Shown here: piece by piece, positions 36,268 through 48,429 of the stretch
How the letters are laid out: each line of letters begins with the position of its first letter
Position numbering within the stretch: the first letter of the stretch is position 1
The notes under the pieces: model-generated
What the model was told of the DNA's origin: nothing
Database searches by the model: none
What the model saw: only the letters and a program-made list of their open reading frames with translations
NCBI GenBank assembly: GCA_047495785.1
Contig: JBLDXI010000002.1
Location: 1,736,001-1,800,000, forward strand
DNA length: 64,000 nt
Reading direction: 5' to 3'
DNA from: Lepidodermella squamata
Lineage: Eukaryota; Animalia; Gastrotricha
Position numbers and translations under genes: made by a program

Positions 36268-37561
36268 ATGGTCGGATTTTTCGATATTGTTGATTTCGAT
36301 AATTCGACCGAGTATCAGGACAGTTCTTGGGACGAATCTTTTATCTGTATAGAAAATCACACAGGCCATCAAGACTCTCATTGCTGGTTCCTGTACCTTC
36401 AACAGCTCAATCGGCATAACCCAGACGTTGAACGATACATCGAGGCGATTTTCCTTGGTTTTTTGTGTTTGATCGGAATTCCGGCGAATGCAATCTCCGT
36501 TTATAACTACTATCAACGCCGCATTATTCGCGAGCTTTTCTTCCTAATTTGCCTACTCGCGATTTGCAATGTCCTATTCAGCATTTTGGGTGGTGCGCTG
36601 GTCATAGCTCGGCTGAATGATGATTGGATACTTGGAAACGTGGGGTAATATAGTCCATTTTTATGAAAATTTTGTATTTCTTTTGTTCAGATGCATAGGG
36701 TATTTTGTTGGATCGCTGTTCACGGTTTGTTTAGCAATTTGGACCATGGCCCTAATAAGCTTGGAACGGGCCTATTGCATTTGCCAGTCCTTTAAATCGC
36801 CCCAAATTCGGGCGAAGGCTTGGCATATCGCCCTGGGCACTGTCCTGCTGGTCGCCCTGGACCTAGGTATTTGGTACTATTGGTATTTTTACAAAAGCGC
36901 CGCTACAGTTCTTCAAGTTCACGTTCGCCAAAAACTCAACTCAGAGCATCATTTCAACCGAGAAGTTGCTGTATGCGCCATATTTCAGCAAGACAAATCT
37001 GACACGGATTTACTGAAATTTTCAACTGCTATTGCCTGCGTCCTGATTTTAGCTACAATTATCGTCCCAATGCCGATAATTGTCGTTAGCTATTGGCGAA
37101 TTCTTCGCAAAATTCGGCAGAGTTTCCGCTACAGCAAACGACTAGCGAAATCAGCCGGGCGACGGCGGTCATCCAGCCGTCCGTCAATTCGAAACCAGGT
37201 GACGTCTCTATTCAAGTCTTCAACTCGAAGAAGCGAAGTCTACCTGGCCAAGGTCATGCTTTTTGTCATGATCGCATTCTTCTTTTGCTACATCCCGGTC
37301 AACATTTTCGCTTTTGTATTGGCGTTCCTACCCAACGCGACAGCACCGCCTAGCGTTCAAACGAGCCATTTCTTGATTTGTCTATTGCCAATCTACCTTA
37401 ATTGTGCGATTTCACCGTGGATTCAGTCGTGGAAGCCGGGTAAACACGGCTCGAGGGACTCGATTATTACTGTAAAATCGCCTCAAATTATAGCGTCGGT
37501 TGAAGATATCACCTCGGCTCCTGATTTCAGTTCGAAAACTGAGTTGGAAATGGATTTTTAA
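36268..37561 (+). CDS. Orphan class A GPCR 2, paralog of GPCR 1; exons 36268-36644, 36691-37561
   Basis: WILGNVG|C, WTMALISLERA, PIIVVSYWRIL, FFFCYIP, LNCAISPWI; shares DES..C..N...HCWF.YLQQLNR with GPCR 1. Confidence 0.87.
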
Positions 37562-38233
37562 TGAAATAAAACAAGTTTTTACAGCACATATTTTAGGGAC
37601 ATTTTCATTATACCAATTTGCCCGCCAAACTTGCACTCTCGACTTTTGAATGAGCACATTTATTACGGCCTAAATATGTTTTCGACTTTATATGAGCACC
37701 TATATAAGGAAGCCAGTCCTTTGATTCGGCTCAATGAAACGCACTGAAAAAATACACGATTTTCATACCGCAAAATACGACTTTTCGGAAAATTCAATAA
37801 TAATTTATACGACGTAGTGTGGTTTTTTGTAAGGAAAAAGAACACCTTAATATTATTTTATACGCAGCATTATTTAGCCAAATAGCGAAAAGCCGCCAAA
37901 GAGCAGTGCGCTATGCGGGCTCAGGTGTTTGCCATCTATAAATGACCAACAAGCGCGCTTTTGCTTTTTATCGCTCTTCAGTTTTTACGCGTATATAATA
38001 AAAAAAATCCCAAATGGCCTATGGTCATCACCCTCTTAGAAGGCGCAATATACGGCAGACACGAGTGGCTCTTGCCAGCTATTAAAATTGAATAAACACC
38101 TGCTTATGATATATTCCTCATCATATAGATCAATTATATTTCCTACAATGATGAGAGGAATTTGTTATCTAAAATTTATCATTATTTTTATAGGTCAGAG
38201 TACCGGGATCAAGTAACTAATTTAGTTCAACAA

Positions 38234-39375
38234 ATGACGAGGGCGAGTCAGCTCTTGGTCATTTTAACTGCGACTTTCACGCTGGTATCAAGTCGGGCGA
38301 CAGGTGCCGCAAATATCGAAGGTAAATTTCAATTAATTAATTAAAAAAAATCGAAAAATTAATATTAGTAAGAGCAAGACGCCTTCACAGCTCGATTCTT
38401 GACCAGCATTTAGCAGCAGTTCGCGGTATTCTAAAATCGTTACCGGATGAGGTGAAAAAGAAGTTATTCGAACACCGAAATCGGGAACATTACGACGAGT
38501 TGCCGATTGTTGAAGCTGCGGAAATCGGGAATCTACCCATTGTTAACGCCCTAGTCCAAAACGGAGCGCCAATACGACTCAGGGCAATCCACCTCGCTGC
38601 TTATTACGGCCATCTACCTGTAGTTCGCTACTTGTTGAGTTTAAGGCCAGATTTCCTGGAAGGGCAAAACGCGTTCGGCAACACCGCCTTGAACATGGCA
38701 GCGTCAAATGGCCAGCTTGAGGTTGTTCGATTTTTAGTCAACGCGAAGCGGGCCAATATTGAAAACGGGGCAGATCACGGGCGAACGCCGCTGGTTCAAG
38801 CTATCGACGGCGGTCATTTCGCCGTAGTTCGATTTTTGATCGAAAACGGCGCGAATTGGCTGGTGAAAGATTACGAGAAAGCCGACACAGCCGCGCATTT
38901 ATCCGCATATTTCAACCACCTTAAAATTTTACAATTTTTACTACAAAAATACCCGAGCTTCATCAATTCGCGCGATAGATCTAACAACAACTTGCTGAAC
39001 ATGGCGGCTGAGGCTGGGAATTTCGAAATTGTTCAATATTTAGTCATGAATCATTCGATTGATATCGATAACCGGGGCGAATTCGGCCGAACAGCCCTGG
39101 CTACGGCGGCGAAAAATGGATATACAGATATTGTTAAATTTTTACTACAAAATGGCGCGAATTTGAACGTGCCAGACCAGGCCGGCTATCTGCCGATTCA
39201 TTTAGCCGCCAGTGAAGGCCAGTCAGATATCATTTACATGCTGCTCAATCAAGATGGAAGTCAGCTGGAGGCGTCCGATCAACGGGGCTATTCGCCTCTT
39301 GTCGTTGCGAAAAAAGCGAGACAGGAGGGCGTAGTGGCTTTTCTAGAAAATGTTGACAGCTACTACAGGAGATAA
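38234..39375 (+). CDS. Ankyrin-repeat protein (about 8-9 repeats) with a predicted signal peptide; exons 38234-38321, 38369-39375
   Basis: MTRASQLLVILTATFTLVSSRATG spliced in frame to repeats GNTALNMAASNGQLEVVRFLV, GRTPLVQAIDGGHFAVVRFLI, GRTALATAAKNGYTDIVKFLL. Confidence 0.85.
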
Positions 39376-39821
39376 TCAAAATGTGATGATTTTCGAGTTT
39401 TTTTGGATGAATCGTGTGCTTTCTCGGCTATGAACGTCCAAATTCGTGGCGAAGCGAAATTAGCTTCGATTTTTTTTTGGCATAAAATTATTATTCGTTT
39501 TTTTTAATTGATTCAAGAAAATTGGTCCAACAGATTTTTTTCATCTGAAATTAGGTTGAAACTGTTTTTTTTTATTTTGAGGCTGAGAGTAGCACAGTTC
39601 ATCCGCCATCGTTTCTATAATTTGCAATCAAAAAATGGAAAACGGAGAGTAGAATTCGGAATGGGATTGGGTAGTTCGGAAAAATTATACAATCGAATAG
39701 ATTAAAATCGATAAAATCTTTATTATGCACCTATACCCATTCAAATCCAGTGAAAAAAGCAACTCGCTATCATTTGCTCTCTCTGCCGCTTGTATTGTCT
39801 GTTACTTCTGGGTCCTACTTT

Positions 39822-40068
39822 TAGCGGAACCAAAAATTGCCTATTTCGGAACCACATTTTAAACAATTAATTTGCCCGAAACTGCATTTTCTGGAATTTG
39901 ACGATTAATTCAGAAAAATCCAAATAAATTACGGTGAAATTCTCCGTAATTTTCTGTATACCACATTTCTTCCAATGGTAGCCCGGGGTTCGAAAAATGA
40001 AATTTCAGATTTTTCAAAATTTAGAGGTTGAAACTTTGGTTCCACAACAGGCAAATTTGGTTCCGCTG
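39822..40068. mobile_element. MITE-like element, family 5
   Basis: TAGCGGAACCAAAAATTGCCTATTTCGGAACCA at left, TGGTTCCACAACAGGCAAATTTGGTTCCGCTG at right; solo arms near 18210 and 51062. Confidence 0.55.
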
Positions 40069-41178
40069 AAAGATATTCTGGTTATTTTTCTGTCATTATC
40101 GCGTCGAATTGCATTCTTCCTTAACGAATTTATCGATTTATACTGAAAGCTGATTGAAGAGCAAAAAAAATGCAAAAATGTCGTAATTTTGAGCTCATTT
40201 CCATTTTTATCCATCGAAGCCGCAGGTGCAAATAATCGTCTGAGCTTCGGATTTCCTCAAGCTTTGCTTATAGACCTCGTACATATTGTATCTTTTATAA
40301 TCTCGTGTTACATTTGCATGAAAAAAATTGAAATAAAGAATGAAAGAATGAAAGACAGCAATTTTCTGGAATATTTCATATGTTTTTACGCGCTATTGAG
40401 CAGCTCGTATTTACCGCTGCTGAGAAATCTATACATCTATCAGGCGATAATTGGGTGGGCGTTTTATTTTGGTAAACAAGAGAGCGGCGTGATGTTGTAC
40501 TATAAAAACCGGCGTATATTATCGTTTAGAAGCGCCATCTCGCCGATCAATCAACACCCGGCCCCGATATATATTCGCCCGCCGCTGCTGGCTGCTGAAA
40601 CAGGGTGTCTGCTGGCCGACCCATCATACACAAGCCGGGCAAAAGCCGAGCCGCATACTCGCCTCGCGAGTGTAATAAATACAGACTATAGGGTAATATA
40701 TATAGCGAAAATTTTGCGCTATATATTATTTATTATTGAGGAAAAAGCGATCGATAAAAAATGATTATTATCGTAGAACAAGATTTTATACTAAGCCATC
40801 TTTGTATGTTATGAAACATGAAAAACTATAGCCGCGGTTTCTTCTCGACAAAAAGTTTCGGCATCAAGTTTTTTTGGTCTATACGCATAATAATAATAAT
40901 TTATATGCACTGCAGCAGCGTATGGCTTTTGGCGTAAATTATACCGCGCGCGGCCAGTTTTTTCGGCGCTATTGCTATCATCTTCATCAGCCGTGTTCTG
41001 CCGCTCCGCAACATATGCCGAGCAGTTCGGTTTTGAGAGCACAAAAAAACTAGCATATCCTGTACTGTATTTGACTTCTGTTTTTATATCGATTTTTCTC
41101 TACCTTTTGTTTGAAATTTGTCCCCCGCAATGATGAAAAAATTTATTATTATTTTTTTTATTATTATTATAGAACACA

Positions 41179-44100
41179 ATGGCGTCAATTTTGACGAAAT
41201 TCAGCTCAACTTGGCGCCGTTTCAAGTCGACGCTTTTCATTCGGAATGAAGCGGACGATTCGGATGGTTTAGTCACCCTGCAGCCGCCGGATAATGATGA
41301 AGCCGCCGCTGGCCCATCGCCGCCGCATCAACAACGGCCAAAGCCGCGGCAAACGTGGACGAGAACGTTGATTTTCAGTAACCTAGCCATTGTTACCGGC
41401 ACGTCTTTCATGTCCGGCTTCTACATGATGGCCATCGCCCGCCCGCTTGGGTTGTACCCGAACGAAAATGACAGCCGGTTTTCGCGGAAAGTTGGCTCTG
41501 TCCCGTTGGACACGTTGATATTTCACCATTTGTTAACTTACTACGCCAGTCGAATGTTGGCATTTTTCGGCCCAGCTGCTTACCTAGGCAACAAATTCGG
41601 CCGGCGGAAGACGCTCATGTCCGGCGCTGTAGTTGGCTTTATCGCTGTGGTTATCGGCCTGGTTTCGCAGTTGTGTCCTGAGGAGGTTCGAGACATTCTC
41701 TGGGCGATAAGTACGGGTATGCTTGGGCTACAAAGTGGTATCGGTCAAGTCATAGCGCCGGCCTATTTGATCGAGATTGCGCCGTTACCCATCCGAGGTG
41801 CTTGCGGGTGTTTTTACGAATTTTTTTACTGGTGTGGTTTCGCGGCTGGTTTCATCGCTGAGCTTGATCTGCCAGGCAATGAACTTGCTCTTTGGACTTT
41901 CGTTTTAGGTAAGCAATTTTTACTCAACTTCAAGCCTTGATAGACCTTTCATTGAGTATTAGGAATATTCCACTCAATTTAATTTCCTAAATTTACAACA
42001 TTGTCCAAAATGAGGACACAAGTTTTTATTGGGTGTGCCAATTGCCAATTGCCCACCTTAAATTTGGGATTCCGGCATTGAATTTTCTCAAAAATCGGGT
42101 TTCCGAGTTTCTAAGGAATCTCAATATTTTAATAAAATACCCATAAGCGATAGATCTAATTCTTTCCTAGTTTCCCAGTCATTCTTCACTCTGCAATGCC
42201 GATATCGATTTTTGTTATCGATTTAAAAAATCAGTGATTTTTCCGATATCTGAAGTATCGGAAGCCGAAATTGAGAATGATCCTGCCTAACTAATGGTAC
42301 CAGGTACCTAAAATATCCCTGGGTCATTTTGCGCGAACCCGCGAAATTCGGAAAACTTCAAAACCTCAAGTTTAGCGGTGCATAGATTTAACATTTTTTT
42401 ATATTAGTTCATTCCATTTTAAAGCAGATCCGGACTATTTATTATGTTATGACATTGAGAACTTTATATTACATTAAAACATCAGGTTAGATCTGTAATT
42501 TTAAAATTGAAAATATTTTGCAAAAATCATACATCTCTCTCTTGAAATGTTGCTACAATTAAAATTCAAAATTTTAAAAATTAAGAAATTTAATAATCAA
42601 GCGATTAAATTTCACCCCCTAACCTTCTGGGGCATTTGGCTCAGAGAGCCGCGTCGACCGGACCAATCAAGTGCGGTCCCTACAGCGCCACTGCAATCGT
42701 GAGATCACAGACGACGGATCAGGCTTGGGTCATCACTGCCGGGCGGGACCAGCTTAACCAACCCCCGTCTCCACCCAACCAGGGCAACCCCGCCAGGGAA
42801 TCCCAACTAACCCATCCTTAATAATTTTCCCAAATTTTGAGCAGTGGCAACTAGGATTTTGTTAGAAATCCCAGTTACCACTCGACCCGTCTTAAAATTG
42901 AAATTTCTTTCGAAATCACAATTTCCCAGTGCGTTTCCGCAAATTTCATATGTACCAAAAATCCCAAATTCCGAACGGCCTAACCGTTGTATGTCGTAGC
43001 TATATTAACCGCAGAAAGTCTTTCATCCACCTTATTTGCATATTTGTCCTCTTTTTCAGCGATATCGGCATGTTTCTACCTGTTCCAGTTCGGAATGCTG
43101 TTGTTCGCTTTCGAAAGTCCCCACTGGTTGATACACGAAGCTAAAAACAACGACGAAGCGGCGTATGCCCTTCAATACCTGCGCCATAGCTCACCCGAAG
43201 AAGCGGCTATGGAAGTGAACGAAATTCGGTCTTCCCACAACATTATCTCTTCCAACTCCGATCCAGACTCCGAGGCTACGTTCTGTTGCTGCTGCTGCCC
43301 AGAAAACGGCAGATGCCGGAAGTGCGAAATGTGCAAAATCAAAGTCGCCTGGCCGACTTTCATCGGCTGCAGCCTAATGGCTGCTAATCTGCTAACAGGA
43401 GCGCCGATAATTTACAAAATTCAAACAGCACTCATGTTCAAATCAGATTTGATGATCTACAGCAAACCTGATGACCACCACTTCTCGCTGTTCATCGCCA
43501 TTGTACTGATCGTAGTCTACCTAGCTATCATGGCTGTTGTGGCTTTGCTTCTCGTCGATTCAGTCGGCCGGCGTGGTCTCGTTGTACTTGGAACTATTTT
43601 CATGGTGCTAGCGTACATTCCAACAACTTACGGCGCATTATCAAAGGTTAAAAAATGCATTTTTTCTAGATTTAATTACGGAAAAATTAAAAAAAATTGA
43701 ATGAAACTGTTTTGAAATTTTTGAAAAAATTATTGAAAATTTGAAAAAATTCTGAAAAATTCTGAAAAATTCTAAAAAATTATAGAAAATTTGAAAATAA
43801 TCGAAGAATGAATTAGGAAGTTGATTTAAATTTAAAAAGATTCAATAATTATCTAAATTTCAATTTTTTTCCTCCATGTTCAATTTTAGGATTCGACATC
43901 TTGGCAAGTCGGGACCATCATATTTATGGCCGCGTATTCGATAGGCCCCGGTCCTATAGCGCCTTTCATGACCGCCGAGTTGTTCGACCACAAATCCCGT
44001 TTAGCAGCCAGCAGTATCTGCCATCTTTTCACCCAAATATTTCCAGTTTACATGATCGAGATTTACGACACGAGTTTTGTTAGTTTTTTCATTAAATTAT

Positions 44101-44436
44101 CCTATTTTTCTATGATTTTTTTTCCCCGTCAAGGTTTACGAGCAAATAATTATGCCTGGAGGTGTTATGCTGTGCATTCTTGAAATGGTGCTACTCTGGC
44201 TGTTCTTGCCTGAGACAAAGCGCCTGCCTTTCGAGTTGATAGCCGCTAAATTCCAACCCGGCCGGCGGTGGCTTCAGCTGCCTCAATTCGCGATGCCGCA
44301 TCGGCGCCAAAGCTCATCCTCGAATCGCCAACCGGTTATTTTCAACGCTCGAGGCGCTGTCAGCATTCAAATGGCACCGACTAGCGGCCACCACTCGCTC
44401 GGTTTAGAAGACGATACGGATATTAATACAATATAA
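41179..44436 (+). CDS. MFS sugar-porter (SLC2/GLUT-like) transporter, divergent, multi-exon with a 1.15-kb first intron
   Basis: NKFGRRKTL, PAYLIEIAPLPIRGACG, FESPHWL, VDSVGRRGL, YSIGPGPIAPFMTAELF, FLPETK. Confidence 0.88.
43710..43800. repeat. Degenerate 10-bp tandem repeat (TGAAAAATTC)n in an intron of the transporter
   Basis: ttctgaaaaattctgaaaaattctaaaaaattatagaaaatttgaaa. Confidence 0.6.
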
Positions 44437-44742
44437 AAATAATGTCTCTGTTTTCATTGTGATTAGAATAATATGTTATACACTTGTAAAATAGTTATTT
44501 TTAAATTGTCATCAAACTGCTGAAAATGGATAAATAAAACGACGACGCCATTAAAATACCGGAAATGTTTTAAAGATTGTCAGTAGCGTGCACTTGCAGT
44601 ATAATAAAAGATGATTTCCGGTTTTTTCCCGATGATTTTATTAGGTCACGCGCATTGTTGTCCGCGCGGTCAGCGTCGTCGCACTGCATATTCATCAAAG
44701 TGCCTCGTTTTGATTCTATCAATTTTAAGGCACTGATTTATA

Positions 44743-47193
44743 ATGCGAAATTCGGTTGTTAAATTTTGTGTGGCTTCGGCGCTTTTTTTCGGCGTCGTCG
44801 GCCAGGTGCGACATGTCGACTATTGCGGCGTTGACCGGCTATCAGGTCGCACGCCCGATGAGCAAAGAATTTTGTGCAAAGTCTTCAAAGTATATTTTAG
44901 CTAAAATTTGTCGCTGGATAAACCCAACTGTTGATTTTCAGAATTATACCCCGCTGTTGAGGCCAGTTCGAAACTGGACCCGGCCCGTTCGGGTAGGGCT
45001 TAGCCTTGCCATAAATCAAATATTTGAGCTGGATGAGCGAAATCAGCTGTTGATAACCAACGCTTGGATCGACCAGGAATGGACCGATGAGTACATGGTT
45101 TGGAATCCGGACGAGTTCGGCATTTCTGTAATACGTATACCAGGTACTACTGAATCATTGAATTCCTGATTTTTTTCAAATTCTCTGATTCTCAGCTCGA
45201 TACCTCTGGTTACCTGACATCATGCTTTACAACAAGTATAATTTATTGATTTTTCGGGTTTTTTTGGCTGAAATTTGTGGCTTTTAGTGGGGCTGATTAT
45301 ATAAATCGATTTGTTCAAACTCGAGCGATGGTTCAGTATGACGGTACAGTTTTCTTCCCGACCCCCGTCAAACTTTACTCTTCTTGTACCATCGATGTCA
45401 CATGTAAGAATTAACTTCAAATTTTTCAGAATATTAACCTTCTTCTACTTTTCAGTTTTCCCATTCGATGTACAGACATGGTGAGTTGATTGATAAAAAT
45501 CTCAATTTTTTTTTTAATTTTTGCTGTTTGATTTTTTTAAGCTGGCTGAAATTCGGTGAGCGTAATTTCTAATGATATCGTTTATTGATTAACTTTCGAG
45601 CTAATTTGTTAGGGAGCTGGTCTCATGACATCAGATTTGTCGATATTTTCGGCCGGGTAGAAGAAATCGATCTCAGTCGATTCGTTCACAACGGTATGTT
45701 CGCGTTATTATACCGATTTTTTTCTGACCCAATTTTTCCGACGCGCTCAGGTGAATGGGACATTGCTGAAATTTCGCACAAACGCCATTTAGTCGCCTAC
45801 AGCTGTTGCGTTGAGCTCTATTCCGACCTTACGTTTTACATTAAAATCAGAAGTAAAAAACAGTAAATTTAAGAAAAATCGATTTTTAAGGTTGATTTCT
45901 CAGGAAAAACGCTCTACTACGTCGTTAACATATTTTTCCCATCATTTATCATGAGCTCACTGACAATGCTGACCTTTTTGATGCATCCAGGTGAGCAATT
46001 TGAGACAATAATTATTTAAATTCAATTTCTCATTTGGTCTCCAGATTCGGGCGAAAAACTAACCCTCGGAATAACGGTGTTGCTCAGCTTTTCCGTGTTC
46101 ATGCTATCAGTCACAGAAAAACTACCTGAAACAAGCGGTAATATATTTCGTAAAAATGTCCCTAATTTTATTGATTTTATTGTCAGAATATATTCCGCTG
46201 ATATCTATCTACCTTTGCATTGTACTATCAATGCTATGCCTCAGTATAATGTGAGTGAATTTCTACTGAAATTTCATTTTTTTCGAATTTCGAATTTCAA
46301 GGGCGACCATCGCAACTTTAAGCGTCTACTACAGGCGCCCGCCGCTCTACGCCAATCTCGACAACCGCCGACCACCGAGAATCGCCCGTCGATTCACTCG
46401 GCTGCTCCTTCGAGAAACTGATATGAAAAGTTTCGAAAAGCCCCAGAATCCTGAGGTTACAAAAGCGTTAAAAAGCGCCGAGGAAGCTATTCAGGCGCAT
46501 TATTCCGAAAAACGGCAACGCCGCCAGGCCGTAGTTTTCACCAGCCAGCGATCGCCCCTAATGGACCCCCGCCGCCAGTCATCGCTATCCGGCCTGTTGC
46601 GGCAACAACGCGTATTCTGCTCGATTAAACAATTCATGGAAGATCACGCGAAACCGCCGGCGAAAAGTAGTAGCAAGGCAGAAAAATCAGACGAGTCAAT
46701 CGCAACTGTTAAGGAGGCTGCTTCAACGGACGAGCCAGCGGCCGCTAATGTGAATGTAACCAGTAGTACGTTGAATACTGGCGAGTCAGCCGAAACTCGG
46801 ATGAGTGATGACTCGGGCGAGGTTGGCCGGCTTCATGGTGATATTGTTCGAATCATCAATCGACTCGTTGCTAAGGCGGCGCTGGACGCTCGTTTCGAGC
46901 GTGTAATTCTCGAATGGAAACTCCTATCAGCGGCTATTGATCGAGTTTTATTCGGAATTTTCGTCTTGATTACAGGAGCAGCGATTATTGTGTTGCTAGT
47001 TGTTGTGCCGGCTATTCATGATTACTACCTATCGACTGGGCGGTATGTTAGCCGATCTGGGGCTGTCGAGTATCCGGACGCGAATTCGAGCTATTTGTGG
47101 ATGTTCAAACAACAGTTGAGCACGCCTTCGAATGAAATTCACCGCGGAATTCCCGAACCTAGCGGATCTACTCATGAAAATCGCTTGCTTTGA
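44743..47193 (+). CDS. Nicotinic acetylcholine receptor alpha subunit (alpha9/10-like, cation-selective), many small exons
   Basis: Exon 1 (44743-44889, not in the ORF track) [33 protein letters not shown]|NY..RPV; [10 protein letters not shown]; Cys-loop CTIDVTFFPFDVQTC; SWSHD; loop C YSCCVELY; [20 protein letters not shown]; [11 protein letters not shown]. Confidence 0.92.
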
Positions 47194-47365
47194 CTTTACT
47201 CAATATTATTCCTTATTCCAATAAAATTCCTAATTTTTAAGGTGGAAGCTATTTTTCATCAAAAAATGACCGGAATCAAGTGCGATTTCCGCAAAGGATT
47301 GGCTGTGCTATAGGTGCATCATTTTTCGGCCATCAAAAAACAGTCACCGAATTTTCTTCAGAATT

Positions 47366-48302
47366 ATGCCGGTGAGAATATTATTTTCCTTAGTTTTCCT
47401 ATTAGGTTTGATAGCGAACTCAAATTCAAATCGAATCGGGTTATTTACCCGGAATTCTGACACAACTTGCAGCCCAAGATTCGGCTCTGGGACTCAGGTC
47501 GAAATCGACAAGAAAAACGCGTCTTGCGATACAACGTGCCAATGTGCGGATGTTTGTGCGAAAAATGAGACTTGCCTGGGGTTCAACGTACCGCCGACTG
47601 GAGGCTGGTGCTTGCTGATAACACCTCGTGACCGATGTTCGGTTATTGCCGCGAAAGGATGGACCTTTTATCGGAAAAATATTGAAATCCTTGAGACAAC
47701 TACTCAAGCTGTTCCTAGCAGTAGCCGGTCGGTTTCCAGCGCTGTTATCGAGGCTAAGAAAAGTTTGAAAATAAATTAAATTTAAATTGTGGAAAAATCA
47801 TTCAGTTTTAAAAAAATTAATAAAAAATTAAATTAAAAATTTATTAAATTAAAAATAATAGAAAATTGAATTTTAAAAATTAAAATAATTTTTTTAATTA
47901 AATGATTAAATTTTCAAATTATGACGCCAAGGTTCTGATTTTTCAGGCCCCACAATCAACAACCAAAACTATTGGCAACACAGGGTTGGATGTCGTTGTT
48001 TATGTATGTACGAGACCCCGAACAGCCGACCTTCGATGAACACATCCCCAGCCGAAAGCAACGATGAGGAAAAAACACAGCGAGATCGACGAAATACACC
48101 TGAGACATCGGTTACTTCTGTTAATAGTAATGTTTTTCCAAATTTCGCCGAAATTCTACCCGGCGGGGGTCGGTTGTTCAGCATCCGATGCCCGACGGAA
48201 GAGGTTCCGCCTCATTTGCTGCTGGAACAGCACCGAGAATTCATGCAGCCTATAGCAAGTCCTCAAGTCAGTTATTCTAAACACTGCCGATGCTTTTGCT
48301 AA
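47366..48302 (+). CDS. Secreted PAN/Apple-domain protein P1; exons 47366-47762, 47947-48302
   Basis: Signal peptide; CADVCAKNETCLGFN...CLL...C...WTFYRK; phase-1 intron joins ORF 48006-48302 in frame. Confidence 0.72.
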
Positions 48303-48429
48303 GACTCTTCAAAAAATTATTTATTAATTCTTTCAGTCGTATAAAATTCAAACAAAATCTAATAATGCCTGCAAAATAAAATTTAACCGATTTTTTCGAA
48401 ATAATTTAGTTCATTATAATGCATTGCTT

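Noticed and set aside
40189-40764. 191-aa ORF
   Set aside because: TTG start, AT-rich intergenic composition, no domain or splice support
42617-42624. CCCTAACC as a telomerase RNA template
   Set aside because: No U-rich/A-rich pseudoknot or H/ACA domain visible; an 8-mer is expected by chance
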